DNA of 63,848 nt, filler included, from Neolecta irregularis DAH-3 (Eukaryota), in NCBI GenBank assembly GCA_001929475.1. It is 9 parts of 9 records of this genome, joined end to end, with 100 filler letters (N's around TTAATTAATTAA, not from the genome) between each part and the next. Parts side by side here need not be neighbours in the genome. Positions count along the whole stretch, not along the records: positions 1 to 5,840 come from LXFE01000427.1; positions 5,941 to 10,016 come from LXFE01003644.1; positions 10,117 to 12,582 come from LXFE01000428.1; 6 more parts are not named here. One strand, given 5' to 3'. The first letter of the stretch is position 1; every line of letters begins with the position of its first letter. This document shows positions 1 through 11,420 of the stretch, piece by piece. The notes beneath the pieces were generated by a model. It was given only the letters and a program-made list of their open reading frames with translations. It was not told the origin of the DNA and did not search any database. The position numbers and the translations under genes are program-made.

Positions 1-17
1 CCCCCCCCCCCTGGCTA

Positions 18-3000
18 CTACACGACATAGCACGGCACCCCATACACCACCGGTGCAGCGCCGTTCAGATACTTCAAGACACACTCGTCGCGGGACCTGG
101 CCACCGCCTCCACAAGCGACACCCGGCGGTCGCTGCGGAACAGCTGCCGCGAATCACACGGGCCAGCCTCCGCAAACAGCCCCCATCGGCGAAACACCCC
201 GCTGCTGAACCGGTCAATGTCCTTGTCCGTCACGTCCCACAGATTCGCTACAAGCGCGGGGCTGCAGCGTTACTCGCCGTTCAACAGCCGCCATACCAGC
301 CTGCAATCATGTAGTTGTACGGCGTCCCCCACGGCTCAAATTCCCCCGCACTGTGAAGCGCTCCGCTGCTGCATCCCATCAGAAGAGTGACGGCACACTT
401 CAACAGCCGCTTCACCACAGGCGACCGGATGTACTGCTCGCCCCCGCCATGGCCAAAATACCTATGCTCAGCCAAGTCGAATGACCACATACAGAAACAG
501 ATCGTTCTCCTCCAGCCCGGCTTTCATTTGCTCTTCGCTGGGCGCAACCCCAACAAGGCCGCTCCATCCGGATATATTGCTGAAAATGGCTTCAAACTGG
601 CCCTGAGTATGCTCAAGGTCCGAACTCGGATTGAGAACATAAAACGCGCTGTTTTTGCTAATACTGATTCCCGTGTTTACATGTTCCTTCGTGCTTGGCT
701 TCGTTCGCTCGTAAATACAAGCAAGCGAAGGAACCCGCGATATCGATTTATTCCGAAGACACGGAAGCGACTCCCATGGAAACAAATGCAATGCCTTGTC
801 AAGAATTAATAAAACATGTTCGTCCTCTACACCGGTCCTCTCCCCCGCGGCTTCATGAAAACTGCGAATCGCTTCCTGCAAATCAACCACAAACTATTGT
901 TAGCGAAATGCTATAGCCCTCTTGCCTGGTCAAAGTCAATCTCGTCATACGCAATCGTCTCTCCGTGGAATTGATAAATATCCAGCACAAAGTATATCAA
1001 ATCTTCCAGCAGTTCGTGCGATTTATCAGTCTCGTCAAATCCGCGCCATTTGCTATCGTCTAATCCAAGAAATAACCCAAGAAGTCGATGGTCAACGTTA
1101 AATGTCGCACTCCTTCTTGTTCGCCCGTGAACATGTTTACCCAGTATCTGTAAAAAAGACGCATAAAATCTGCCAAATGCAGATGAACTAGCGTTGAACG
1201 AGCCAAATATCCCTTTAAACCCTCCCAACCAACAATGCTCGATATTCATCAACAATTCTTGTAATTTCCTATCCAGACTCTTGCGGTCAGACCACCACGA
1301 TGCCTTGGCTGATTTCTCAGTGATATCTCTCGCCGTCTGCGCACTGCTATTGTTGCTTTCGATAATTTCAAGTAATTCAGTATACGCAATTTCATATGTA
1401 AATGCATCATCGTCCACGTCCCGCGCATTGTGTCTCGAGACAGGTAGTCGTAAAGATACAGGCACCTGCCCACTCTGATAACGCGAGACAAGTAGATCGC
1501 TTTTGCTTTCACTGAGCGTAAGAGAAACTACAACCCAATTCGTAGGTAACTCGTCGATTTTATTCTGCTGCGAGGATACAAGTTCTCGCAAAAAACTCGC
1601 AGACGGTTTACCTTGCGCTGAAATGGCCCCCTTCAAATCCGGCGCTTGTCGCTCTTCAACGATATCTTGATGTTCGCGCGCCAGTGTCATGCCTTTGGCT
1701 TGCTCTAAAAGTAATGGGATGGGAGCAGCTCGATATGCAATTTCGTCGCCTGGTAGCGCGGTTGCACACTGCAGCATCACAACCGAATTCAAAAGCAGCG
1801 CAAGCGAATAAACTAGAGACGTCGACGATCGACTATAAGCAGTCTCTAAAACTTGTAACAGAGTTTCCTTTGCATCTTGAAGGATCTTGCGAACAGTCTT
1901 TATCGAAATATCGTTTCTAGATCTACCTCTTCTCGAAATCTCTCTTCTAGTATTCTTCGAATCGGATTTAACAGGCTGAATATTTGGTATCGAAAGAGCT
2001 TGCAAGAATCAGAATTGGATTATACCCTTTTTACCAGAGTCTTGGAGTACACCAAAAGTAGGATCTTGCTGCAACAGAGACTCTGCCTGTTTCAAAAAGA
2101 TACCGGCCTGGGAAAACATTTGCGAAACCTTTGATCAATAAATCAAAGGCACAAGATATACCACTTCCTCCATGCTGCGATTAACAACAACTGCACTCTT
2201 TAGCAAAACATTCGCTTTCTCGAAACCGCCCTCCGCGGCAATCGCACATGCTTCATATCACCAATAGCTTTGAACAGCCCAAACCTTTTAATCGCATCAA
2301 CATGCCCTCCAATTTAGAAATTACCAAGGCTTCGCCGTCGATACTTGATGGAGCCTCTAATTGTCATTAAACAAGTTTGATAATTTCATACTTTTCGAGC
2401 CTTTTGTCGGAGGCAGTCGAGGAGACGATAACGACATTTGAGCAAGTCTAATTCTTTTAATATCCTCCCCAAACAAAGAAGAAAGGGCCAAGGTACCCCT
2501 GAGTCAATCCAGTTAAAACGTAATCGTCCAACCGTTTGATAAAAGAAATATCAGTAATCTGCGCCAATCTTTTCTCTGCAGCGGTATAATATTCAAGTTC
2601 ATGTTTAAAATCCCGTTGTAAGCGGTAGGTACCAGCGATTGAAATGTCGAGATTAACACCTTCTTTTACTGCCATTAGCGCTTGTTCAAGGCCCTTTGCT
2701 TTTTGTAAATTTATTTGGCCTTGTTCTAGGTCCATTCGAAGCTGTATACCGCCCAACAGTGTCAAAATATGAGCTTCGTAGACGGATGCTTGAAGACTGC
2801 GAGAGATTTGTAGCGCTTGTTTAAAGTAATATTCGGCTTCTCGTACCGTTCCCCGATGAATATTTTGCACGGCAACTAGGATTAAACTCTTGAGCATCAT
2901 CTTGTTTTAGATTCAACATGCAAGGGTCACGTACCGTAGCTATAGGCCACTGCCATCTGGAGAATTCCAGCACGGGAGCGGATTGTGACGACTCGAGTGA

Positions 3001-5840
3001 TGGAGTTTCAACTGCAGGTAATGCTCTCTTTAGCGTTCGTAGACCCTGTGTTGCAAATTGCAGGGCTCGCAAGGCATCGCCCTGTTAATTAGACGCGAAT
3101 TTACTTGATTCTTGCAGATTCTGAAAAAACCATCGATCGAAGATATGAAATGCGTCCGTTCATACACAGACGACTAGCTTTTCTCTCTCCTCTTGGAAGA
3201 AACTTGAAAAAGTCATCGTCTTGTATTGATGTTTCCGCCAGGTTGAGATGATGTAGACTAGCATTAGACATGGAATCTCACAGAATTACGCTTTGTCATT
3301 TGAACCAATAGTCAGCATATACTCTGCATATGCCAAATTCCAAAAGAGTTTCGAAATCTTGGGCACTTGTTCCTTCTTCATTATAGTCTGGCCTTTAGCC
3401 AAGGAAATCCCCGACTTTCCAGTATATCCAAGTTGAAGATACGTCAAAGCCAGCGAGGTAAAAACATCAATCTCGCCTTGACGTAAACCAATTTGTCAAA
3501 AAAACTACTTACCCGGCCGCTTATGCCGATTCAAGACTTTATAACGCAACTGTAGGCTTGTTAAACAAACAAATGGCAATGCTCGAAGTTCAGCCCAGTC
3601 TGATATTAAATGAAGTAAATGATCTAATTGGAATGGATCGTAGATTTTTGCACGTTCATTTGATATACATTCGCAAAAATATCCCAATGCGCTTTGTATA
3701 TTCTTATACGCTGCATCAGTTTGTTGTGGTTCAAGCATTGCAAGCCAAACAAAACAACAGCCAGCATGGTATTTATCAGAATCATCAACGAGCTAGAATT
3801 AGGTTGTGCATGTGAAGAAATGACCTGGAGATTCATATCTGTTGATAATTTCCGGATATCTAGATTCAGAAATTTATTTTGGGTGTCATATTCGAATTTG
3901 AGCAGCATTGCCAGTACTCTTAGAATTAGAAATATTAAAGGTATGGAGTATACCGGAGTCTTTGACAAGGGTAGTCTGATCCGTACATTCGGAGGAGAAT
4001 ACCGCAAAGTAATTCGAGCGATTCTGGGGAATATTCCTTTTTGATAACTGATCGAACTAGACATTCGACAACCATACTTTGCGATTGACAATCCATGTTA
4101 TTCGTAAATTCCAAGAGTTGTTCGAGCGTGATTTCTTCACTGACAATGTAGCTAGAGATATGCGAGATTAATCTGGTAAAGAGATCTGAACGAGACAGGG
4201 ATTCTTCTAGCAAATTTGACGATAAAATAGAACGTCCGGGAGAATCAAGGCCTGTAAAAAAGACAGACAAGGCTTCGCAATGGGCAGTCATAGCGAGCTC
4301 TTGATTAATATCAACTATCAGGAGCAATACCTTGAAAGCCAGTGTTTTGGCATGGCAGGACCCCAGTAAATCGTACTTTCGAGCGGCGTTTTCAGCTTCG
4401 AGGGTGCTAGTTGGCGGGACGGCGCAAATTAAACTTGATTGAATTGCGTCTGTTGCTTCTGGAATTGCTTCTTGAGAAAACAATGTCCCCGAGATATTGT
4501 AGAGCATGTTTGACAACCAGCCGGAGCATTCGTTGTCGTTTAATGTAGCAACAAGGTTTGTAGTTGTTTTGATGATTGTGCGGAGTAATGGGTATGTAGA
4601 GGATGTGACTGGGTTCTTTTTCATTACAGTGATGAGACCTTGGACTAGATTTTTCGAAACGGAGCGGTAGAGTTCAGAGGGCTGTTGATTAGGTTTGTTT
4701 AAGAGAAGGGTACTTTGTTTGGCGATTGACCGAGAGAGTGAAGGTATTTTACTAGGAGGCCTAGGATGTCTAGCGGGATTGATGGCTGGAGGACGTTTGT
4801 GCAAGTGTTGTTTTGCATGTAGTTGAGGCAAGCTTGGCGCAGTCTATCGAGAGAAGCGATTATGCGATCTGACTGAGAGTCGATGGGGATTTTTGCGGGA
4901 TTTGTTTGGAGAAAGCTTTGTGCGCCGGAGATGAGGGATTCATGTTCGTCGAGGTCAAAGTGGTTGTGCTCAGCGGCGATGTTGAGAAGATGGGAGGTCA
5001 TTGTTGTTGTGTAGACAGCCTGGTCGATAAAAGAGGCATTATCAAAAAAGGACTGGGAGAGGAGGGTCCATTCTACCAAGATTGAGTGGAGAGCGGTTTT
5101 GACGGCAAGGGAGGAGAGGATGTTTGCGATGTGGAGGACAACTGCGGGGTCTGGGGCGAACGAGTCGAGGGCAAAGAGAGCTTTGAGGGCGGGGTGGATT
5201 ATTTTGAGAGTGCGTTTGGGGGCTGATTTTGTAGCCTTTGCAAAGACGGAGACTGCGCGGGAGACAGCGTCTGATATCTTGAGGCTATTATTTTGGGCGA
5301 GGAGGGCGAACTGGACGGCGAGGAGCCTAAGGGCGAAGGCGTGTTCTGGGGAATAGAGGAGTGCGCAGGCAAATATTGTTCTGTAAAAGGCCTCTGCGTG
5401 TTTCTGGGCGGGGTTGTGCGGGGCGAGGGCGAGCCTGGAGCACCAAGCGAGCGGGGCGTGGGCGTCGTGGCGGAGGAGGTCTGCAGGGGCGGCGGGAGGC
5501 GGGAGGCGGGCGATGCAGCGAAAGACGTGGAGCTGGAAGGTGAGGACGATGTGCTGGAGCGCGTGGGACTCTGCAGGCTGCGGTGGGAACGCGAGGAGGG
5601 GCGGCAGGCGGTCTGCGAGGGCGGCAGGGACAGGACTGGGCGGGGAGAAGGGCGGGCAGAGGGCGGCGAGTCTGGGTCTGAGGTCTGCGAGTTCGTGGGC
5701 GGCGCGTAGAAGCAGCGTCGTAGCAGTGGCAGCAGTATGAGTACCAGCAGTAGTACCAGCAGTAGTACCAGCAGCAGCAGCACCAGCAGCACCAGCAGCA
5801 CCAGCAGCACCAGCAGCACCAGCAGCACCAGCAGCACCAG
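18..5840 (-). CDS. cut1: Separase (peptidase C50), multi-exon; 5' end runs into the assembly gap
   Basis: The C-terminal exons encode YFGHGGGEQY (catalytic His), LLMGCSSG (catalytic Cys), VANLWDVTDKDIDRF, FPWESLP and WW..RK.LD. About 12 introns of 31-50 nt join the ORF pieces, and the frame stays open from about 4715 up to the gap at 5840. Confidence 0.93.
5711..5840. repeat. 9/12-bp microsatellite (CAGCAGCAC / CAGTAGTAC), encoding Ala-Gly-Ala / Ala-Gly-Thr-Thr repeats in the separase frame
   Basis: Tandem units are directly visible and end at the gap. Confidence 0.9.
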
Positions 5841-5940
5841 NNNNNNNNNNNNNNNNNNNNNNNNNNNNNNNNNNNNNNNNNNNNTTAATTAATTAANNNN
5901 NNNNNNNNNNNNNNNNNNNNNNNNNNNNNNNNNNNNNNNN
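5841..5940. other. Artificial contig linker N44-TTAATTAATTAA-N44 (also at about 10017, 12583, 17414, 21535, 36785, 59596 and 61438)
   Basis: The same 12-mer, which gives stops in all six frames, sits inside N runs eight times. Confidence 0.97.
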
Positions 5941-6119
5941 AGCAATCAGAACTAGTTGATGGAAATGATGAATTGGACCAACCCAAATTCGATGAAAATA
6001 ATACAGAGCAATCAGAAACCGTTGGTGAGCCGGCGGGACCTAACTTTGAAAGTAATACAGAGCAATCAGAACTAGTTGATGGAAATGATGAATTGGACCA
6101 ACCCAAATTCGATGAAAAT
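5941..6119 (+). repeat. Isolated copy of the 120-bp COG1 internal repeat (probably a misplaced small contig)
   Basis: Near-identical to 9831-10016, in the same orientation, and flanked by N runs on both sides. Confidence 0.85.
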
Positions 6120-6129
6120 NNNNNNNNNN

Positions 6130-6355
6130 CCGCGCCGGTGTCTATGACCGTGTCGCCGGTGTCTGCCACCGCCGCCGCCAGCAGCAGCCGCAGCAGCAGC
6201 GCCTGCACCTGCGCCTGCACCTGCGTTTGCGCCTGGCCGTGGTGCGCAAGCTGCTCCAGCGCGTCCAGCGCCGTCAGCACAAAGAACGGCCCCCGCCCCC
6301 GCCCAAGCTCCCCTTCGATCCGCGCAATCCGCTCGGCGGCAGTCACCCCCGCCAT
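6130..6355 (-). CDS. 5' coding segment, probably the N-terminus of separase
   Basis: ATG at 6355 opens MAGVTAAERIARIEGEL...ALDALEQL...DTGDTVIDTGA. It is on the same strand as separase and ends in a T/G/A low-complexity run like the repeat at 5840. Confidence 0.45.
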
Positions 6356-6458
6356 CCACAGTCGTCAAGTGGCTCAAGATCCGAGTCGGTATCGATTCGA
6401 GAGTCGTCGGTTCTATCGCGGTCGCTCGTAGTCCAATCCACGTGCTGCTGCACCCGCC

Positions 6459-7419
6459 ATGTCCCTTGCTCGTTTCCCCCGGCCCACTCTCGCCCTTATC
6501 CACAAGCGCTGGAGCGGCCACTCGCGCTGGAGCAAGATCAAACATGCAAAGTTGCCCCTGCTGCTGTCCCCGCTCACCTCCCGCAGAGGCGCAACAGACG
6601 CGGCCAAAGGTCAGGTCTACACCCGCATCCTAAAAGACATCACCGCGTCGGTCCTGCGTTCGCTCTCCCTCCCCCTCCCCCTCCGCCCTAATCCCAGGCG
6701 ACGGCCCAGATCCCTCAAAAAACATCCGTCTCGAAACAATCGTCACCCACGCTAAAAAAGGTCGTCTTCCCCATCCTCCCTCCCTAATTCTCAGAAAACA
6801 TCCCAAAAGCTACAATCGACTCCGCAATCAAGCGCGGCTCAGGTATCGGCACTGCCGCTGGAAAACCCCTCACCTGCCTCCTCTACGGCGGAATAGGCCC
6901 CGCTGGCGTCGCCCTCGTCATGCATGTTCCCTCAACGCCCCTCTCTCATCCTCCAGTGAAGCCCTCACAGACAACAGAACAAGAGCTGTCTCCGTCCTCA
7001 AGTCTCTCATGAAAAAATACAGAGGCTCAATCTCGTCCTCTGCCTTGTTCAACTTTGAACACAAAGGCCGTATAGTCCTCAACCAGGACTCCCACTCGTT
7101 CGACAAAGTCTTTGAACACGCCATAGACCATGGCGCAGAAAACGTCGAGCAAGACCAAGATTCAATACATGTAGTCTTCTCTTATCCCCATCTAACACCC
7201 CAGATCATCGTAGAACCCCCACACACTACTTCCACCGCAAAATGTCTCCAGGAAAAGTACGGCTATAGTCTAAATTCCGTAGAACTCGCTTGGATTCCAA
7301 AATCAGATAGTCGAGTCTGCTTGGATCCAGATTCAGATGATGGTCACACATTTGCAGAGTTGATTAGATGTTTGCAAGAGGAGCCTGATATTGTTAAAGT
7401 GTACCATAATGCTATATAA
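6459..7419 (+). CDS. YebC/TACO1-family mitochondrial protein, 5 introns
   Basis: Presequence followed by SGHSRWSKIKHAKG, NIPKATIDSAI, YGGIGPAGVALVIEALTDN and C-terminal DIVKVYHN. Confidence 0.9.
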
Positions 7420-7456
7420 TTGAATCCTCAAACTATACCAATAATAGGTTGAATAC

Positions 7457-7761
7457 TCAGGGATCCTTCCCTTCCTGCCGTTTCGCCAGCCGTTCTTCCC
7501 TCAAGCGCTGTAATTCCGCTATCCACTCCTCCTTTTGTGTCGGAATGGTTTGCGTACACTCCTTTTGAGGCCAGAATTGAACCTGCCCATTAGTACCAAC
7601 AACCCACATTGATACCGGCTTGACGTGGTTGTCGTAAAACAGCGGGCTTCCAAAATACCACATTGCAGCCACAGGAAACATCACATACATGCCAAACTAT
7701 GAGTAAGCTACACATGTTCCATTCAACATGCGCGAAATAACTCCAGGTTGGGCCCAGCCAT
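7457..7761 (-). CDS. PET100: PET100 cytochrome c oxidase assembly factor, 2 introns
   Basis: Spliced product MAGPNLELFR|FGMYVMFPVAAMWYFG...|VQFWPQKE...ELQRLREERL matches the Pet100 pattern. Confidence 0.85.
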
Positions 7762-7805
7762 CGTTCTGAGGTTATGGTTGGATCGGCGACCTCACCTCCC
7801 ACCCC

Positions 7806-10016
7806 ATGGACTCTCTTCTAGACAAAACAGAGTCCTGGCAAGACGTCTTTATAAACTACTCTATACCCAATACGCGAAAATTTGAACAAATCGCGCGGTA
7901 CCCTCTACCTGTAATTTCACTAACCGCCAGTGAGAATGCAATCGCTAAAAAACAAGAGTTGCAGGCTCTTGTCAGTAAAAGTTATCGCCATGTAATGAAT
8001 ACCGCCGATACCATTATCCAAATGCATCGACAAATGGATCTAACCATGGACCAGATATCGGCTATGCGAATTACTTGTACCGGCATTTCCCTGCAAAAAC
8101 GAATCAAAGTAACAAGATACATGGAATCCAACTTGCATCCTTCAAATCATACACACTCCACTTTCCGCTTCATTCACGAGTGTCTGTCGACAAGTCGGAA
8201 AATGCAATGTTGCAACAAAATACTGCCTGCCTGTCGACTTTTCCTCGTTTGTCAAAAACTCGTGGCATACCTCTCGAGTCATTCAGAAATGCGGCTACCG
8301 CGTCTACGAGATGACCTTGCTTTTCATAAACTCTCGCTGGCGAATGCGATTGACCGTGTATCTACCTCTCGCGATTCCCCAATCTCTACAATTTCAGCTT
8401 CCTTGTGCGCTTTTGCACTGGTAGCAGGATCGAGTACCATCGACACCCTCAAATATTTCCTCAACGCTCGCAAAAAGTATATTTATAATCAGTTGGTTGA
8501 TGGAGACTCGGGTACCCGTGTCCATGCACTCATGCAGATAATCAGTTCGACGATGCACGATTCAGTCGTCATTTTCACCGACTTGTATCCACATCTCGCA
8601 AACCTTATTTGTTCCGCGCCAATTATTCAAGATGTAAAAGAACCTGAAATCGATTTAAATCTGATTAAACATTTAAAAGACCACCTCGATACATTTGTTC
8701 CTTGGATTAAAGCAGATCCGCTACCGTCTTCGATCATAAGCGGGATATGTCAACAATGGTTAAAAGACGTTACTCGTCTACTTAAAGAGAACATTGGACT
8801 CAAAATCGCTGGGTATTCAAGTATAAAAGGCATTCTGGCCGAGGAGAATGAAATCGTCTTGATGATACATATCGACGACGAAGCGTCTGCAATGGCTGAT
8901 TGCTGGAACTTTACACTCAAGCCTTGTGTACATGAACGGATACTAGAATTGTTCAACCAGTCCCTCCAACAATTTACATCCTTGTCTGTCGATATCGAAT
9001 CCACAGATTCCCCGGTTTTGCCCTTGTGGAATACAACCGTCTTTTTAGAGTCGTCACAACCTCACATACTTGTTAAATCACTCGATCTTGCCGCAAAGGG
9101 ATGTACCCACCAACTACAAACGTTTTGGGATAAACACTACACCATTGTTTTAGCTATAAATGCTGATCTGGAGCTTTTACACAAAAATGTTGATGGCACT
9201 GCAAATCTCGAGCTTCTCGGCGAGATTGAAGCTCGTATACAGGCTGCATATGAACATATTCAATTGAAATTGACAACGGTCTATCAAAGTCTGTATAGTC
9301 CCGGTACTATAGAAACCATATTTTACACTAACCCTAGACTGCGCTCAAATCTGTGCCTTGTTGCGGGTGATTTCAAGGTTTCGCGCACACCCTCTTGCAC
9401 CCAGTCAATACCGTCCCTCGGAAATGTTTGGTTTGGACTTGGTTGAATGCATGTCTGAAGAGCTGGCAGAACTAGTAATGGGAAAACACATCTCGAGATA
9501 TTCTGAATTTCTGAATATGCAGACTTGGAGCACGGAAATTCCCGAAGCCGCTTTGTTTGAAGGTGGGTTTGATCACGCATCTAGTTGATTTTCTAGGGTC
9601 CCCGGGTATCCCTCAGAACCCCCTCGCTGCAATCTCCGTGTTACTCGCGGCATCATGTAGAGATATTGCCATGCTCGGACCAGATCTTTTGCTCGATGAC
9701 TTGGTTCAGCGGTTTCGGTTCAAGATTCTGCAGGATGTAGATCATATTTCCAGGCGTCTTTTGGAGAACTGCAAGGTTGAAAATATTGCAATCGATAAGA
9801 ATATCGAGCTGCCCCAACCAAAAGTTGACCAGCAATCAGAACTAGTTGATGGAAATGATGAATTGGACCAACCCAAATTCGATGGAAATAATACAGAGCA
9901 ATCAGAAACCGTTGATGAGCCGGCGGGACCTAACTTTGAAAGGAATACAGAGCAATCAGAACTAGTTGATGGAAATGATGAATTGGACCAACCCAAATTC
10001 GATGAAAATAATACAG
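7806..10016 (+). CDS. COG1: COG1-like (Vps51-type N-terminus) Golgi tethering subunit; 3' end truncated by gap
   Basis: N-terminal ELQALVSKSYRHVMNTADTIIQM motif, helical body, three short introns. Confidence 0.7.
9831..10016 (+). repeat. 120-bp (66+54) tandem coding repeat, acidic 40-aa unit QSELVDGNDELDQPKFD.NNTE-QSETVDEPAGPNFE.NTE
   Basis: About 1.5 units are directly visible before the gap. Confidence 0.9.
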
Positions 10017-10115
10017 NNNNNNNNNNNNNNNNNNNNNNNNNNNNNNNNNNNNNNNNNNNNTTAATTAATTAANNNNNNNNNNNNNNNNNNNNNNNNNNNN
10101 NNNNNNNNNNNNNNN

Positions 10116-11420
10116 NGATGTCATGAGAATCATAGTCACCCCATCGAAGCTGGACATCGATCCAAAATTTATTAGTCGTAGTACCATCAATTTGATCGCG
10201 GGAATCATTCAAGGGCGAAGGCTTCGAGACATTCCATTTGTAAGTGTTCAAGAATGCCTTCTATACCACCAAGCGCTTGGAGCATGTCGGTCCTGTAGGA
10301 ATTAAGATTCAATAATCTTCCGTCATGCCGTTCGTTGGTCCACCAGAAAGGATTGTTCTTGAGTAACTGGTATTCTTTGAACTGAGTCCGCACTCGCCAC
10401 CCCTTATCCATCATAAGAGTATGCCGATATTTTTGGAAGAGTGTGCTAATACGAGGAATGCCTCAATCCCAGGAATCCTCGAGATCTTCGAGAGTTAGTC
10501 GACGGTTCTGTTGTGCTGCCTCTTGTCGTTTCATAGTGTATTCGGCCCGCACTCTTGGGAATCGATGAATTCAGCTTCCCATGACTGGATATATCGGTAT
10601 AAATTCGGAATCTGTTGGTCTTCATCGTGCGACTACCTGCTCGGAAAAGGGTGATCCCAGCATCAATTTGTTTCGAATATCGCATATCGGATTGAGGAAT
10701 AAGAACACGATCCATTGATATCATACCCACGTCTCCAAGTTCTTTAGGACAATAGAATACAGCTGGTGGGAAACGACTTGGCATCTACAAGGATGAGAAT
10801 TTGGCAGAGTAAGATATACCTTGGAAATCAAACCAATCTTGACTCTCGTTTGAACCTTAGTTCCGCATCGAACAAGAAGATCAAGCAACTCAGGAATTGT
10901 TATAACGGCCTCTCGATAATAAGTCAATATACTGATTAGTGCAGTGTTCCATTTGTTGACGATCTTCGTGAATGTCGTTGAACCAGAAGATATCAAGATT
11001 TGTCAGACGCGATTGTTAAATTTCATCTGGCCTTCTTCGCTTACCCTGAGGAAAGCAGAGGCAGTCGTTCCTTCCTTTCTTCATACGTGAGACTCCAAAC
11101 GCCATCTTTCTGACTGAATTCTTCTGTTTGCGCTCGCACTTTAGGTAGTATTCGGACCTCAAAACCACCGATATCGAGCAGAAGGCTCGGATTATCGCGA
11201 CTATAGACAGAGACGAATGTGGTTTCGTCCCATTCAGTTGTTGTAATGCTTCGAGGTAATCGAATCTTAATATCCTAAAACACAGCTTTCGCAAGATGAA
11301 CATCATGTTTCATCAATCACATTCGGTCATCCCGAGGCCATGCCTTTTTCTTCGTGGGTAAGCCGAAAATATCTTCGAAATTCGGGTCTGGATGTTCAGT
11401 TAGGTAGCATTGAATAGGTA
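10116..11420 (-). pseudogene. PRP8: Degenerate partial copy of spliceosomal PRP8
   Basis: Prp8 peptides are recognisable: [69 protein letters not shown]. They are broken by stops at 11317-19 and 11275-77, frameshifts and an internal deletion. Confidence 0.9.

Noticed and set aside
5199-5837. ORF with a poly-Leu/Val 'transmembrane' N-terminus
   Set aside because: Alternate-frame reading of the microsatellite; the frame continuous with separase reads Ala/Gly/Thr.
5941-10016. Direct terminal repeats suggesting an LTR element or circular molecule
   Set aside because: The repeat is in-frame COG1 coding sequence, the interior holds housekeeping genes, and the left copy is bounded by Ns. An assembly artefact is more likely.
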